A DNA stretch of 41,305 nucleotides from Spirogloea muscicola (GCA_009602725.1 WELB01000001.1:112272-153576); one strand, 5' to 3'; counted from the first letter of the stretch, positions 24,493 to 37,057 are shown. Made by a program: numbers and translations. Notes: generated by a model from the letters alone, not told the origin.

Positions 24493-27400
24493 ATGGCCNC
24501 GGCGGCGGCAGCGGCAGCGGCGGCGGCGGCAGTGGCGGCGGCGGTGGCGCGGGCCCTGGCGCGAGTGGCTTGCTTGCACGGGGCCCATTCGAACCGCCGG
24601 ATGAGCTCGAGCGCGCGCTGCAGGCGCAATGGCTGCGCCTGCAGGACGTGCTCGGCGATCCGGGCGCGTCCGAGGGCGCCATCCACGCCGCCCTCCAGGA
24701 GCGCGTCTCCGGCTCCGCCACCGCGCACGGCCACGTCGCTCAGGGCCTGCTGTACGGCGCGCTCGCCGACGCTGCCGCGGCGTCCCGCCTCTTTGGGTAC
24801 CTCACCTCAGTGACGCGGGACGGCTACGCCGCCGCCGCCACTGCGCTCAAGGTCCGCTGAAGCGCTCCCCGCAATCTCATGACTTGCTGCTGTGCTCACT
24901 GTGACAGTGCTCACAGTGCTGGACAGCTCAGGGGTTGCTCCGGGCTGCACCAGTCACTGCTGTTCTGGTCGGACCTCGCTACTTCTGTCGCCGTGCGTTC
25001 AGATGCAGAGGAGAAGTCTATGTACTGGGCCTGCATGCATGCGCATTTGTTTGCCAGGTTTTATAGCCAGCCACGATACATGACCACAATCGCTGCTGAC
25101 AGGTCCTTGGCCTTGCCTCTCATTTGGCATTTCTGTTGTGCTATTGCCCTGCCTTTGCAGGACTTGGTCATGCAGAAGTGGCCAAAGCTGCTGGAGGCTG
25201 CACGTGTGCAAGCTGTGTGGGTGTTTCGCCAGGTACGCAGGACCATGCATACGCTTACCCAGCCTGAGCAAGTGCAGTACTGGCAAAGGAAGGACCACAT
25301 AAGTAAGATGAATTTGGCCAGCTAGGGACAGTCCTGCTACCTCAACTCGTCGAGGACGGAAGTGACAGCAGTGACTGCATTCTTTGTGAGCAAGGGACCA
25401 AGTTCTGATTGCAACTCATGCTTGCAGCTCGTCGGCCTCACCGTGGCCGACGCCGAGGCCTTGGCGCTTGCCATGCTCCGTCAGGTGGCTGGCGGTGACC
25501 TCAGTGCAGCCAACGTCTGGCTCGCATCACAGCTGCTGGAAGTCTTCCAGTCGAACCTTGCTTGGCTCTTGGACCTCCCAGCGCTTGCGACTACCGCGCT
25601 GTTTGCGTACTTGCGGCTCCTGCCGGACCACGCGGCAGCCAAGCACGAGCAGCGGCTGCGGCAGAGCGAGGCCGCCTTCTGCTGCCATCTCTTGCACGAG
25701 CGCTTTCAGGACTGCCTTGCGATTGGCCGCGACCTCATTCGGCTGCTGCAGGACGTTGCTGGCCTGCCAGAGTTCGAGCCCATCTGGCGCGACCTATTGT
25801 GCAATGCAGCACCGTTTCAGGCGACAGCGCCCTCCCTCTCGGGCCTCGAGCAGCTCTACGCTACGCGCACGCCCGTGCGCTACGTCGTGTCGCGCGTCAC
25901 ACCAGATGCTGAGACACAGCTCCTCTTCATGCTCACGCATGTGCGCATGGGCAACCAGCGGCGCTACCAGACGTGGTTCGCACAGCGCTTCCTGTCGACG
26001 CCAGAGAGCGAGTCGCTGGTCAGCGATCTCATCCGCTACATCTGCTGTGCGCACCACCCGCCCAACGCCATCTTGCAATCGGACATCGTGCCGCGATGGG
26101 CCATCGTTGGCTGGCTCCTCAAGTGCGTCAAGTCGGGACACGTTGAGGCCAGTGCCAAGCTGGCGCTCTTCTTTGACTGGCTCTTCTTCGGCGTGTCCGA
26201 CAACATCATGAATATTGAGCCAGCCATCCTCCTCATGGTGTACTCGATTCCAAAATACGTGGACCTCACGCACACCCTTCTTGAGGTTTGACCTTACAGC
26301 GCGCCCCCTGTCACCAGAGTCAGCATGTTTGATATTAGCACCTTCCTCTCTGGGACAAGACAGATTTGTGACCTGCACACTGATTGGAGCCGACTGAGTG
26401 AGCCCCTTGCAGTTCCTGTTCTTGCTCGTTGAGCACTTCGATCCACCACGGCGTGAGCTCATCCAGCGCGGCGTGGCCTCGTCAGTCGACATCCTCATCA
26501 GCAAGGGCGTCGTGCGGTCACTGGAGCCGCTATACGCCAACCCACTGGTGCACCCCGAGCTGCGAGAAAAGCTTCAGGCGGCATTCCCGGCCCATTGCCG
26601 GCCCGAGCTTGGCCCGCGCCCTGCAGCTCCGCTGCCAACATTGGCGCAGGGTGAAAGCAGGCCTCCGGACACAGGTGTACCGAGGCTGCTGGTAGATGCG
26701 AGCACGTCCATGCCTGGGGAGCATGGTAAGTCGCCAAGAAATGCAGCACCTCAAAGTAGTTCCACAGAGGGCAACATGGACACCAACGGACTTCTTGAGA
26801 AGGCCGGCCCGGTACCAGAAATTCCGCCTGTCTCATTGGCGGGTAGCCTCAAGCGAAAGCGGCAGTTGAGCACCGACAATGAGGCGGCTGACCTGCACGA
26901 GAGACTCGACTGGCTGGCCAAAGCCATGGCCGGGTCGCAGCAGGGGGTCATTGATGCCTTGGTGCAGCTGCTGGAGCTGGTGGTGGCTGCCCCCAGGCTT
27001 GCTGGCGTAGACCGCCAGCAGCCCAGGATGGCAGTTGGCCACGAGGACATGCGCTCGAATGGCAGGAAGTATCACGTGCTGGAATCGTCCCCGCTGTACG
27101 CCCCTGATGTCGCGAAGCAAATGGAGGATGTGTTTTCGAAAGCTGGGTATCAGGTAACAGGGCCTTCTACTTACAGATAGGTTTTTTGGCTAAAGTGGCT
27201 GAGGTCAAGTCCTACCCCTCGCTTGTCAGTAAGTCTTGCAGTAGGGGTCACCTTGACTCTGCGTCACTGGGTGTTGCTTGAGTACCTGCATTTTGGCCAA
27301 GCTTCTGTGCTGTATTGGGCATGCAGGTCTGTGCACCGCTGCGCTCTCTGCCATCAGAAATGCCCGATGGCGACGAGATAATGTCTGTGACCTCCACCCT

Positions 27401-29117
27401 TCTCCGGCTTTTCGTGGCAACAAGGAACTCGCAGCTGCGGCAGTTGCTTGCGACCTGGCAGCAGCAGGTAGTCTGACTCCGAGTTACCGAGGAGCCATTG
27501 CTATGGAAAATTTGAGATTGTAGCTGCAGGACCTAGGCTTCAGACTGCGATGCCTTTGCCAGAGTATGCTAGAATGCAATCTGCACAAAGTTCTGCAAGG
27601 GTCTAAAAGGGCCCTCCTCGGCTGCTTGTGACTGCAACTATCTGCTGCAGGGCATTGCTGTCAGCACGCGGCTTCTTTGCTATGTCGCAAGAGTTGCTGA
27701 GGAGCTGGAGCAGACCTCAAAGAGGGAGCTTGGGACAAGAGACGAGGTGCCGGACAGTACTGAACAATTGGAGCAGCCCGGCCAGGGCGCTGTGCAGGAC
27801 GAGCTAGAGGCGCTGCCAGCTGTCGCACACTCTTCGCCATCCCCTCTGGTCAAGACGGAAAGCGAAGTAGACCGTGCAGCCGCGACTACTGCAGAGAGGT
27901 TGGCCAGCGGGAGCACAGCTGGCGCGTCAAGCTCCAGCCCAAGAGGCAATGAAAAGCAGCCTCGGCGGGCAGAGGAGCTTCTGAAGGAGGTCAGAGATGG
28001 CGGCGCGTTGTCGGACATGCACAGGCGAGGCCGGGCGGCAGTGGCCGATGCCTTCTGGGCTTACGAGGAATTTCTTCGGGACGTAGGAAAGAGGAAACGC
28101 GCCACCACCACTGCAACCAGCGCAGCAGCAATAAGGGAGGGCGAGAGCAAAAGCGAAGCTGCAGCCGGCAGCAGTGCTGGCGACAGCAAGGCAGCAGGTG
28201 TACCAGAGCTGCCGTCTTTGCAGCAGCTCCTGCTCACGGACCTGGGAACGTGCCTGCTGTGGAACACATATCGGCTGCTGCAGGTCCTGCCGGCCGTTTT
28301 CAAGTACTTGCCACACCTCACAATGTGCAACGAGGAGGTCGTGCACCTCCTGCTATCGGCGCTTGACCCGCTCGAGCTCTGCCGCCTTCTGTGCCGTGTC
28401 GATGTTGGCGATGTGGCCATTGTGGGAAGCGGCAGTAAGGACGTGGATATGGCGCGCCTGGTGAAGTGCTCGCTTGCGTGGGAGTCGCTGGAGCAGCAGT
28501 GGTTCTGGCAGCTGCTGGCAGCGGAGGTGCAGCGATGGCCCCTGCCTGCACTCCTGAGGCTGCTCACCATAGTCATCGCCGCCATCCGCCCCCAGGTCGA
28601 CAGTGAGGCGGTTGTTGGCTTCATGTCGCTGCTGCGGTGCCGCGAGCCGGCTCCGCAGCTCCTTGAGCTCGTCCTGGGTCTCCCGCCCTCCTTTGACCAG
28701 GTCCCAGCGGCCATGCTGAGCGTCTGGTCCTCTAGCCACCGCGCTCTCCTGGTGACGCTGCTGCAACAGCATCAGTCAGCGAAGGGCAAGACCAGCGCCG
28801 CTGCCGAGCCTGTGCAAAAGGACGGCGAGCACGAGCACTTGCCCAACGGCGTTTGGAGGGCCAACTCTGACTGCAAGCGGAGCCCGGTTGAAGACACTGT
28901 CATGGAATCAGCTCCTGTGAAGCAGGAGCCAAGCGAGCATCTGCTGGGAGGTGCTGGCAGCCTACCTGCAGGTGGCCAGTCTGGGGTGCAGCGGTTGGAC
29001 CCTGCCAAGGAGCATACAGAATTGGGAGGTGATGGCAATTCTTTAGCAGATCCACAGCGGGACCGTAGCAAGCTCAGCGGCGTTCGCAGACGCCCCCAGG
29101 GGGCCATCACAGAATGA
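24493..29117 (+). CDS. INTS3: Integrator complex subunit 3 / SOSS-A, multi-exon (an N at 24499 breaks the frame near the start)
   Basis: QGLLYGAL, VTRDGY, QVAGGDLSAANVWL, CLAIGRDLIRLLQDV, GNQRRYQTWF, DLIRYICCAHHPPNAILQSDIVPRWAIVGWLL, AKLALFFDWLFF, IMNIEPAILLM; C-terminal SLAWESLEQQWFWQLL. Confidence 0.94.
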
Positions 29118-30659
29118 CTTCACAGCCCCTCCCCAGCAAGTGACTAAGCAATCAGCCGAAATGTCTTGCCGGCTGCCTGGCACGATTCGTCGATTTGAGC
29201 TCGACCATTTGCTCACATTGGCCAGCTGAACTGCACAAGGCCGACGAATGTCGTTCATTGCCCACAAGGAAGCGCAGACTGTCAGAAGAGCTGCATCTTT
29301 TCAAGGCTGACTGAAGAAAGCAGAGAACAAATACGTTTCCATCTCAAGGTAAGCCCTTGATGTGCATCTTGTAATTGTTCTGCGTCCAGTCATGTTGCAT
29401 TGCTGCTGACGAAAGGTAGCAAAGTAGGCGGACAGGTTGTCATTCTGCATGTATCCTGTCGTCACTGTCACACGAGCTACTAAAGTCTCCAAATGTTGCA
29501 GATGCAAAATCCTTGGCAATGTGCACTGCGCAAGCATCACTTGGGGGCCTGACTTTACATTGCAAGACCTGCTTCTGACCTGAAGGTGAACACATCTTTG
29601 TTCTGAAGGTATGCAGGTCGTGGATCCAACTTTGCGAGCATGTGCAACAATGATGGCTGGCTGGGTAGAGCCCAAGCAGTTCTCTGAAGGAGATCGAACT
29701 CTCTTGGCTTGCTCCTGCAGGGTACTCCGCGTCACCACTTAGGCTCTTAAGATGGAGAATAAGGAGCGCGGTTTGGGAGGAGGAGAAGCGGATGGCCGAG
29801 AGAGGGAGATCTCGATGTTGACTAAGGATTTTGTCTTGGGTTGCCTGACCAAGACTTGGGAAGGCTTCAACCACGTGGAGCAGCACTTGCCTACCATGAA
29901 TATCTGATGCCGAGGAGTGACCTAAGCAGGACGCTTGTCCGCAACACAGTTGTAGTGCCCTTTACATTATGGTGGCAATGGGCGGCAGCTCCGCACCACC
30001 ACACTTGGATGAAGTCACCGATTGTTGCGCAGGTGTTCTTTGTCCGAGGATGTGTCTGGAGGGGGTATCATGTCTCATGTAGCATCACTGTTGGATGGTG
30101 GTTTTAAGCAGCAAGACTGGAACAGGTTGGATGGACGATAGACTTGCCCATGCAGTCAAGCCAAATCATGCTCGCTACCTTGACTCAGGCTGCATTGGCA
30201 AGCAAGCCCCGCCCTTATATAGCTGAGTCACAGTTGACGCCAGTATATGTACCTGTCTATGCGCAAGGCGCTCCCGTCACTTTGCAGCAGCACTCCAATA
30301 TGCTGCCATAAGCAGATAATGCTGACTGTGCCAGTCCTGATCGTACAGCTTCCGTGTTCCCAGTGTCAGGCAAGCACTGCCTCTAAGAAAAAGTATGCAG
30401 CATTGCGTGACTATTGGGCTGCAACTGTAACCTTGTACAAGATTGTGGAGTGCATCTACTGTGCTTAACGTGGTCCCCTCTGACAATGTGGAGGCCTCAT
30501 CTGGGGGTCAGAAATCATCTCCTCCTTCATTGACCTGAAACTATCGGACGCCCGCGTCTTCTTTTGCCCTCTTCCTTGGTGCACATGCACGCTGAAAAGG
30601 CTTGAGGCTCGAGGCTTCTGGCCGGGACCACATCACTTCACATGCTGCTGATGTATGAT

Positions 30660-31819
30660 GTCCAGGGCAGCCTCTTCATTGTGTGGGCAATAGGAAGTCA
30701 GATGAGGTGATGGGAGGACGGGCGACTGGGCTGCGTGAAGCCAGAGAAAGAAAGCCAGAGGCTGCTGCAAGGGCGCGAAACTTATTAGTTGGGGGAAGAA
30801 AGAAAGAGAGGGGCTCTTTGATGCCGCCGGGTTGCTTGCTCGAGTGTACAGGTGCGGCTTGCCATCTCCCTGCAGCGGTCCCCGGCACTGCCGTCACTTG
30901 CGGGGCAGGCTGGGTGTTGCCTCCGGACTCCACCAGGCGACGCTCTTCCGCTCGCTAGTTTTCTGATCTGGTTGCTGACTAGAGGCTGTTGAGCGCCCAC
31001 TCGCAGATCATGGAGAGTATATCCTGCTTTGTGCATCTTCCGGCCCTTTCAGACTTGAACTCCTGCACAGGCTAGCGCGCAGCGTTGTGTCCAGAGAATA
31101 CCAAGGGGAATGAATCGATGTCAACGGCAGGCGCTCTCGCCCAAGTGTATCGCATGCGCCTGTCAGTATCGCTGCAGCGGTCAATGGCACACGCGTTGCA
31201 TCTGCGTGCCGGTCGCGCTTTGGCTGCAGCCTCTGGGTACAGACAGGGGACTCGCTACTCGAAGACTAGGCGTCTGACCTGCGGCTGCTCAAAAGGGGAT
31301 ATTGAGCACCCAGTGGCCAGTTCGGTTGCTTGGTCTTCCAGCGCGCTTTCCTGACCCCTTCGAATTCTGTTCATTCTCGTTCCTGGGCTGGCCAATCACA
31401 GCCATCGCCCATTACTGTTCTGGCATAGCATCTTCAGGCCCCTTCGTAGCTGCTAAGCGCTTGTAGGCCCCTCCGAACCTTTGTCAAGTCTTTTTGGGCT
31501 GGCTTTTCGTAGCCCTTGCCCCCATTGGGAGTGCCACTTCCCATCACTGGAAGCGTCTTTCTCTCTACGAACACCCTCTGCATGCACCTGGCTGGCTTCC
31601 ACAGCCGCTCTTGCAATCAGCAGCCGCATTCCTCGACGCCGCAGGCTCGCTCGCTCGCTCAGGTGTGTCGCATGGGCCTGTCAGTCTCGCTGCATCGGTC
31701 AATGACATGCTGCATTGCGTCTGCGTGCTGGTCGAGCTTTGGCTGCAGCCTCTGGCCAGGGCACCCGGTAAGCGGAGACCAGATTCTCTGACCTGAGGCT
31801 GCGCAGTGAAGGATGTTGA
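30660..31819. mobile_element. Second cluster of the same truncated non-LTR retrotransposon 3' ends
   Basis: Copies at about 30680-30790 (-, RALAAASG), 30955-30992 (+, LLTRGC*), 31050-31410 (+, LELLHRLARS..AQVYRMRLSVSLQRSMAHALHLRAGRALAAASG plus hairpin) and 31630-31819 (+, ..RFSDLRLRSEGC*). Confidence 0.75.
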
Positions 31820-31912
31820 GGGTTTGAAGGTCAGGGTTTAGGGTTAGGGTTTAGGGTTAGTATTTAGGGCTCTCAACTGAGGGTGTTGAAGTTTAGGGTT
31901 TAGGGTTTAGGG
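31819..31912 (+). repeat. Interstitial telomere-like repeat (TTTAGGG with TTAGGG variants)
   Basis: cagggtttagggttagggtttagggttagtatttaggg ... tttagggtttagggtttaggg is directly visible. Confidence 0.9.
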
Positions 31913-32278
31913 CACTCAGTGGGGAAGTCCTGGTCGACCGCCCGTGATCTGCGGCGCACGCCGTGGCGCGACCCTCGGTGGCGGCGGCGGCGGCGGCTGC
32001 CATGCTGCCGCACCCGGGCGCGCCGCTGGCGCCGGTGGGGGCGGCAATGGCGGCAGCAATGGCGTCTGAGGGGTTTAAAGGGGTTTAAGGCGGCGTAAGC
32101 TCACTTCCGCTTCTTGCGCCATATCTTCTGCTTGCCGCCCGTCAGGCGCCGCTTGTGCAGCGAGTCTCGCGAGATACCTGCGCCCGCCGTCCCGCCGCCG
32201 CGTCAGCCCGGCGGCCGCGCCCCAGCGGCGCGGCGGCGGCGGCTGGTAGCCCCATCTTTTTTTTTTTTTTTTTTTTTN

Positions 32279-32355
32279 GCCCCCACGCAGCGGCGGTGGC
32301 GCCAGGAGGCCCCGACGGCGGCGCCACCTGCCAGCCGGCGGCCACGACGGCCACA

Positions 32356-32388
<33 letters not shown>

Positions 32389-34798
32389 TCGCCGCTCCTG
32401 GTGGCGTCCTTCTACCAGTACGCGCACCTGCCGGACTGCGCGGCGCTGCGGGAGCACGTCCGGGGCCTCTGCCACGCCCACGTTAGCCCTCGCCCACCAG
32501 CCACCGCCTGCAGCCGCATTCGTCTCGCACCACTGCCACCGGCGCCGACGATGAGCTGCTGGCGCTATCGAGGCGCGCTCCCGCCGAATGCCGGGCCAGC
32601 ATCGCTGGCCGGCATCAGAGGTTCTCGACAGTCAAAACCCATGTTTTGGTTTTCCCGGTGGCAGCGTGTGTCGGGCGGCATCATCCTCGCGCCCGAGGGC
32701 ATCAACGGCAGCGTCTGCGGCACGCGCGACGGCGTGGACGCCATGCTGGCGGCGTTGCGCGCCGACCTGCGCCTCGAGAACATGCGCCACACGGAGGTGC
32801 CTGCTGCCGCAGAGGGCGGCGGGGCGGCACACCTCGCCGAGCACGGCCACACGCCGCGCTCCCCGCTGGGCGCGGGCGTCGACGCGCCCTTCCGCTGGGA
32901 CCACGTCCGCGTGAAGCTCAAGAAGGAGGTGCGGCAGGGCTGCAGCCGCCAGCCTCCTGCTGCTGCCAGATTGGCTAGGTAATAGGTGTATGGTCTGGAA
33001 GATGTGGCGCCGAAAGTCAGGGTCAATGGCTAGGCTTTGCCACAGGCCCAATCATCAACCCTGTGTAACCTGGAGCCTCAATCATCAATGTGGGGGATGA
33101 GCTACAGGTTGATGGCTGGCTGAAGAGTTCTCAAGTGTTGAGGTGTCCCGCTGTCCTGAGCAGCATGAGCTTTCTAAACTCCTGGCACACTTTATTGCTA
33201 GGGCCTCTGGGCAACCTGTGGAGGAGCTCTGCCGCTCTTCTGCGACCAGTCTCGTGGACGACTGGGGTTGCCCTGACCGCGTTCAGAGCGTGAGCAACGT
33301 GTGCGCAGGTCGTTCCAATGGGTGTGGGTGGTCTCAATCCCTTGGCGCGCGCAGGCGTGTACGTGAAGCCCTGCGATTGGAACGAACTCATAAGCGACCC
33401 CAACACGGTGGTCGGCTGCTCTGGCCTCGGCCGGCTGCCAAGCCTGCTTGCTCTGCGCATGTTTGATCTGGTGCCTCTAGTGGTTGCCAAGCTTCGGCGG
33501 TTTCTAAGGGCTAGAACTGAGTGCTGGTGTTTTAGGGCTAGCTAGTGAGGGCTTCTGCTTGCAATAAATCATCAGAATGACATGGTGCAGATACTTGAAT
33601 GGACCTGGCAATATTTCAGAGTTGCCAATAAAGGAACAGCAGGCAGCTGGGGGCAGCTGTACAGCAGTATGCAATTGCTGAACCCTGTCGAGCTTGTTCT
33701 TGCGAGCGCAGATCGTCATAGATGTACGGAATGCGTATGAGACGCGAATAGGGTCTTTCCACAGGGCTCTCGAGCCCAAGACAGATTCTTTTCGCCAGTT
33801 TCCGCAGTGGGTGGAGAGCACCCTCCTTGGACAAATGCAGGGAGGCGGTGACGCCTCAACGTTAGCCTCGTCAATGTGGCGCTCCCACGTGGACATCACC
33901 CAGGCCACAAGAGGAGCCTCAGACGGCAACGAAGGAGCTGCTGCCTGTGCAGGGAGCAAGGCTCCTCGCATTGCCATGTACTGTACCGGTGGCATCCGTT
34001 GTGAAAAGGCCACTGCGTACATGCTAGAGAAAGGCTTTGAGGAGGTGTGGCTACATGTCCTGTTTGTGCTGTGAGCAGAGCCACCTGTTGTGCAATCATG
34101 TGAAAAACTCACATTCTTGAAATACTCCATTGCAGCTGCTCCACCAGCAGTGCCGACTTCATCCTGGGCTCTATATGTAGGATAGCAGAGCAACGGCTTG
34201 GGAGATGACTATGAGCACAGTGCTGAGGACTTGCTGTGTGGTAGCAGGTGTATCATTTGGAAGGGGGCATCCTAAAGTACCTGCAAGAAGTTCCGGCATC
34301 TGAGAGCTTGTGGCAGGGCGAGTGCTTTGTCTTTGATAAGCGCGTCTCGGTGGGCCACAGCCTCGCGCCAGGAACATTCCGCCTCTGCTATGCATGCCAA
34401 CAACCTGTCAGGCATGCAACGTCCCCTCAAGCCCTGCTTGAATGCAGGTCCTTTGCAGCAGTGGCACTGCAGCAGTGGCAACAACAACTGCCATGTCATC
34501 AACGAGATATGCATTTTTTGCAATGTGCCACTTCATGTGCTTATATCTAAGTAGAGCTCAAATTATAATCTGTAACAAATGGTGCAGCGCCAAGGACATG
34601 GCATCGTCGCAGTGGGAGGTGGGCGTGTCGTGCCCACACTGCTTCGGCACAAGGTCGGAGGCTGAGAGGGCACGGGCCAGGGCCAGGCAGGAGCAGGTCA
34701 AGGTGTGGGGCCGTGTGGGCGGCCCTGATCGTGGCCGCCGGCACAAGGTGACGCAGGAGGCGCAGGAGGAGCGGCTCTGCCAAGTTGGGCCCTTGTGA
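32279..34798 (+). CDS. Rhodanese-like domain protein, UPF0176/TrhO family (similar to Arabidopsis STR7); 5' end unresolved at the poly-T/N
   Basis: [123 protein letters not shown]. Confidence 0.92.
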
Positions 34799-36125
34799 TC
34801 CGCCTCATTGAGTCAGGCCCCACTGCTTTGGCAGTGCTCTAACCACATCCCTCCATTTATTTCATCAGGCAGCGCTCTGGCTGCATCCCTCCAACCCTCC
34901 ACAGTTGAGGAGCTGCCATCACTATAGAATCTGCGCCTTGGACACGGAGCTTCTGCCCGTGCGACTTCTCGTTGCTCGGTTCATGATCACTTCGGAGTAG
35001 ATTGAATTTCCTTACCTGTGCACGCGGTTATCCAGTGGACGGTCCTGGCCGCTGACATGCCTCTGACACTCGATTGCAGGCTTGGAGTTGGATACTTGCA
35101 TCTGTGCTTCCTCCTTCTACTCTGTGCTGAGCTTCTCGGACCCACGTAGCAGTGGCTTCAATTTGGGTGGAACGTGGTTTCTCTCGTTCTTATGGTGGGG
35201 GGGGGGGGGGGGGTNGGGGGGGGGGGTTAGGGGGGGGTCCTCAAATTGGTCCTATCAGGTCAGAGAACTGGTCAGCTGCATGAGGCCAATACTGAATGTC
35301 ATTGTCACAAGCAGGATATAGCTGCGCCAGGGTTTTGTGGGCTACTGGCGCCGGGGTTTCTCCAGCGGTGGGTGTGGTTTTGCGATCGGTAAATTGTCCC
35401 CATTTTTGAAGTTCATTGTTGATCATAGGTTGGCCCCAAAACCCGCCTGAAACCCGTGGGCTAATGGCGCTGTGGGCCGCGGGGAGCCCGCGGACGCTGA
35501 CGTCGGCTGACATCCCCTGCAGACCGGGGCTTGCCGAGCTCCGCGGCGGCAGTTAAACGGCCGCCGGGCGAGGCCGGGCTAACCGCGGTATCCGGCTCGG
35601 GGCCACCGGCGGTCAGTCTTAAGAGCCACGTGGCGGGCGGCGACGTGCGCGCTGACGCGAGCACCTCCTCCCTCCTCAGCGGGGGGCCCCCCCCCTCCCC
35701 GGGCCGCGCCTACGGCTGCGTCCCGGGGCCTCCCTTCTTGTTCTTGCGGGCCGCCCAACGCCCCCACCAGGTGTTGCCCGGGCGAAACATGTGCAAGAAT
35801 CAGAGATGAGTGGGATGAGTGTGTTCAAGAGGGACCCCCTTGTCAATTCATGCGGTGAATGTCAGGCACTGGCCCAAGTGGGCCAGCCCCAAAAACAGGA
35901 AAGCCAACAAGCTCCGCCGTCCTCGCGGCCAAGCGGCGAGGCGGCCTTCGCCGCCGCCGCCGCAGTCGCCGCCGCCTCCGCCGCCGCAGTCGCCGCCGTC
36001 GCCGCCCTCAAGCTCCGCTCCGCTGCTCCCTGTCCTCGCCGAGCTCGCCGTCCCCTAGTGGTCGCTCGCGGCGACCGCCCAACCAATCCCCGATCTCCTT
36101 TTCTGCCGGAGCGGCCGCCTTCGCT

Positions 36126-37057
36126 ATGTCGTCGATTGCCGAGTCCGTGAAGAACAACCCGCGGGAGGCCTGCCTGCAGGCGCAGGAGAACGTCAAGTGA
36201 GCGCCAGGGCATGCACTGAAGTCGCCAGGCCTAACTCATGCGAGCTCACGCAGCCCCCATCAAAGCAGNGCCTCGCGCTCGCGGCCCTGCTGGCAGGCGT
36301 CGCCGCCGCGCGCACCGCCGCCGCAGGCGCCCGGCGCCTGCCCCTGCTCCTCCATCCCCTCGCCCACCTCCAGTTCGTCGCTGCCGCCAACCTCCTCTCC
36401 GCCCTCGTCCTCGTCGCCGCGGCCGCTGCCTGCTGCGCCGCCGGCCCCGACGTCTCTCCAGGTCCCACTCCCGGCTCCCTCCGTCCTGACCTCCTTCCCC
36501 CCTTGGCCGCAAGCTGTCAGCTCGTCAGCTCAACAGCTCAACAGCTCAACAGCTCCACAGCACAAAAGCCATCGGAATTGCGCTCACCTCGTGGGCCGAC
36601 CGCCGGAAGCCTCCACACGTAGCAGCTGCCGTCCGCCGTGGCGCTCTGCTGCGCCCTCTGGGCCCGCATTGCAACGTCTGCATGGCAGCAGGAGTCTCTG
36701 CTTGCCACAGCTGCGCCTGATGCGCCAGACCTGGCCTCTATTTCCGCTCCTGCAGGCCCTGGCCCCAGCGCCAAGTGTTCGAGGAGCCGCTGGGCAGAGG
36801 CCCTGCTCACAGGTGCTGCGTTTTCGGCACTCAAGGTGGCCATGGCGCCAGTCATGGTCAGCCTGGTTTACCTGGCAGCGCACGCTGGGGCCACACACCA
36901 CGGCGCGCTTGATGTTCTCCTCGCCCCCTGCCTGTTTGCCACCTTAGCCCTCACCGGAGCCTGCCAGCTCCACAGCACTCTCTGTCACAGAACCTTGGCA
37001 CCACCAGTGATGGACAAGCCCTCCCAGACAAACAAACCTGGCTCCCTGCCCGTCTGA
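36126..37057 (+). CDS. Probable gene of unknown function with hydrophobic, possibly multi-TM segments; interrupted by an N at 36269
   Basis: GC-rich leader, then an ATG exon MSSIAESVKNNPREACLQAQENV followed by a GTGAGC donor. Downstream hydrophobic ORF segments lie at about 36270-36460 and 36628-37057. No family recognised. Confidence 0.45.
36518..36560 (+). repeat. Short tandem 8-mer repeat (CAGCTCAA)n, probably intronic
   Basis: cagctcgtcagctcaacagctcaacagctcaacagctccacag. Confidence 0.7.

Noticed and set aside
25468..29110. Long antisense and alternate-frame ORFs within INTS3
   Set aside because: They are shadow ORFs expected from GC-rich coding sequence.
29700..30480. Possible Gypsy integrase zinc-finger or other TE remnant (HDTP..RT..WW), plus a TATA-like motif near 30214
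   Set aside because: The motifs are scattered over several frames with stops and are too weak to call without a search.
31819..32110. Telomerase RNA or RNase P/MRP RNA gene
   Set aside because: There are many tandem repeats rather than a single 1.5-copy template, and no convincing USE/TATA promoter or paired CR-I/CR-V motifs.
32257..32278. Poly-T as a retroposon tail, and poly-G at about 35197-35237 as a G-quadruplex
   Set aside because: Both abut an N, so they are likely assembly-gap artefacts.
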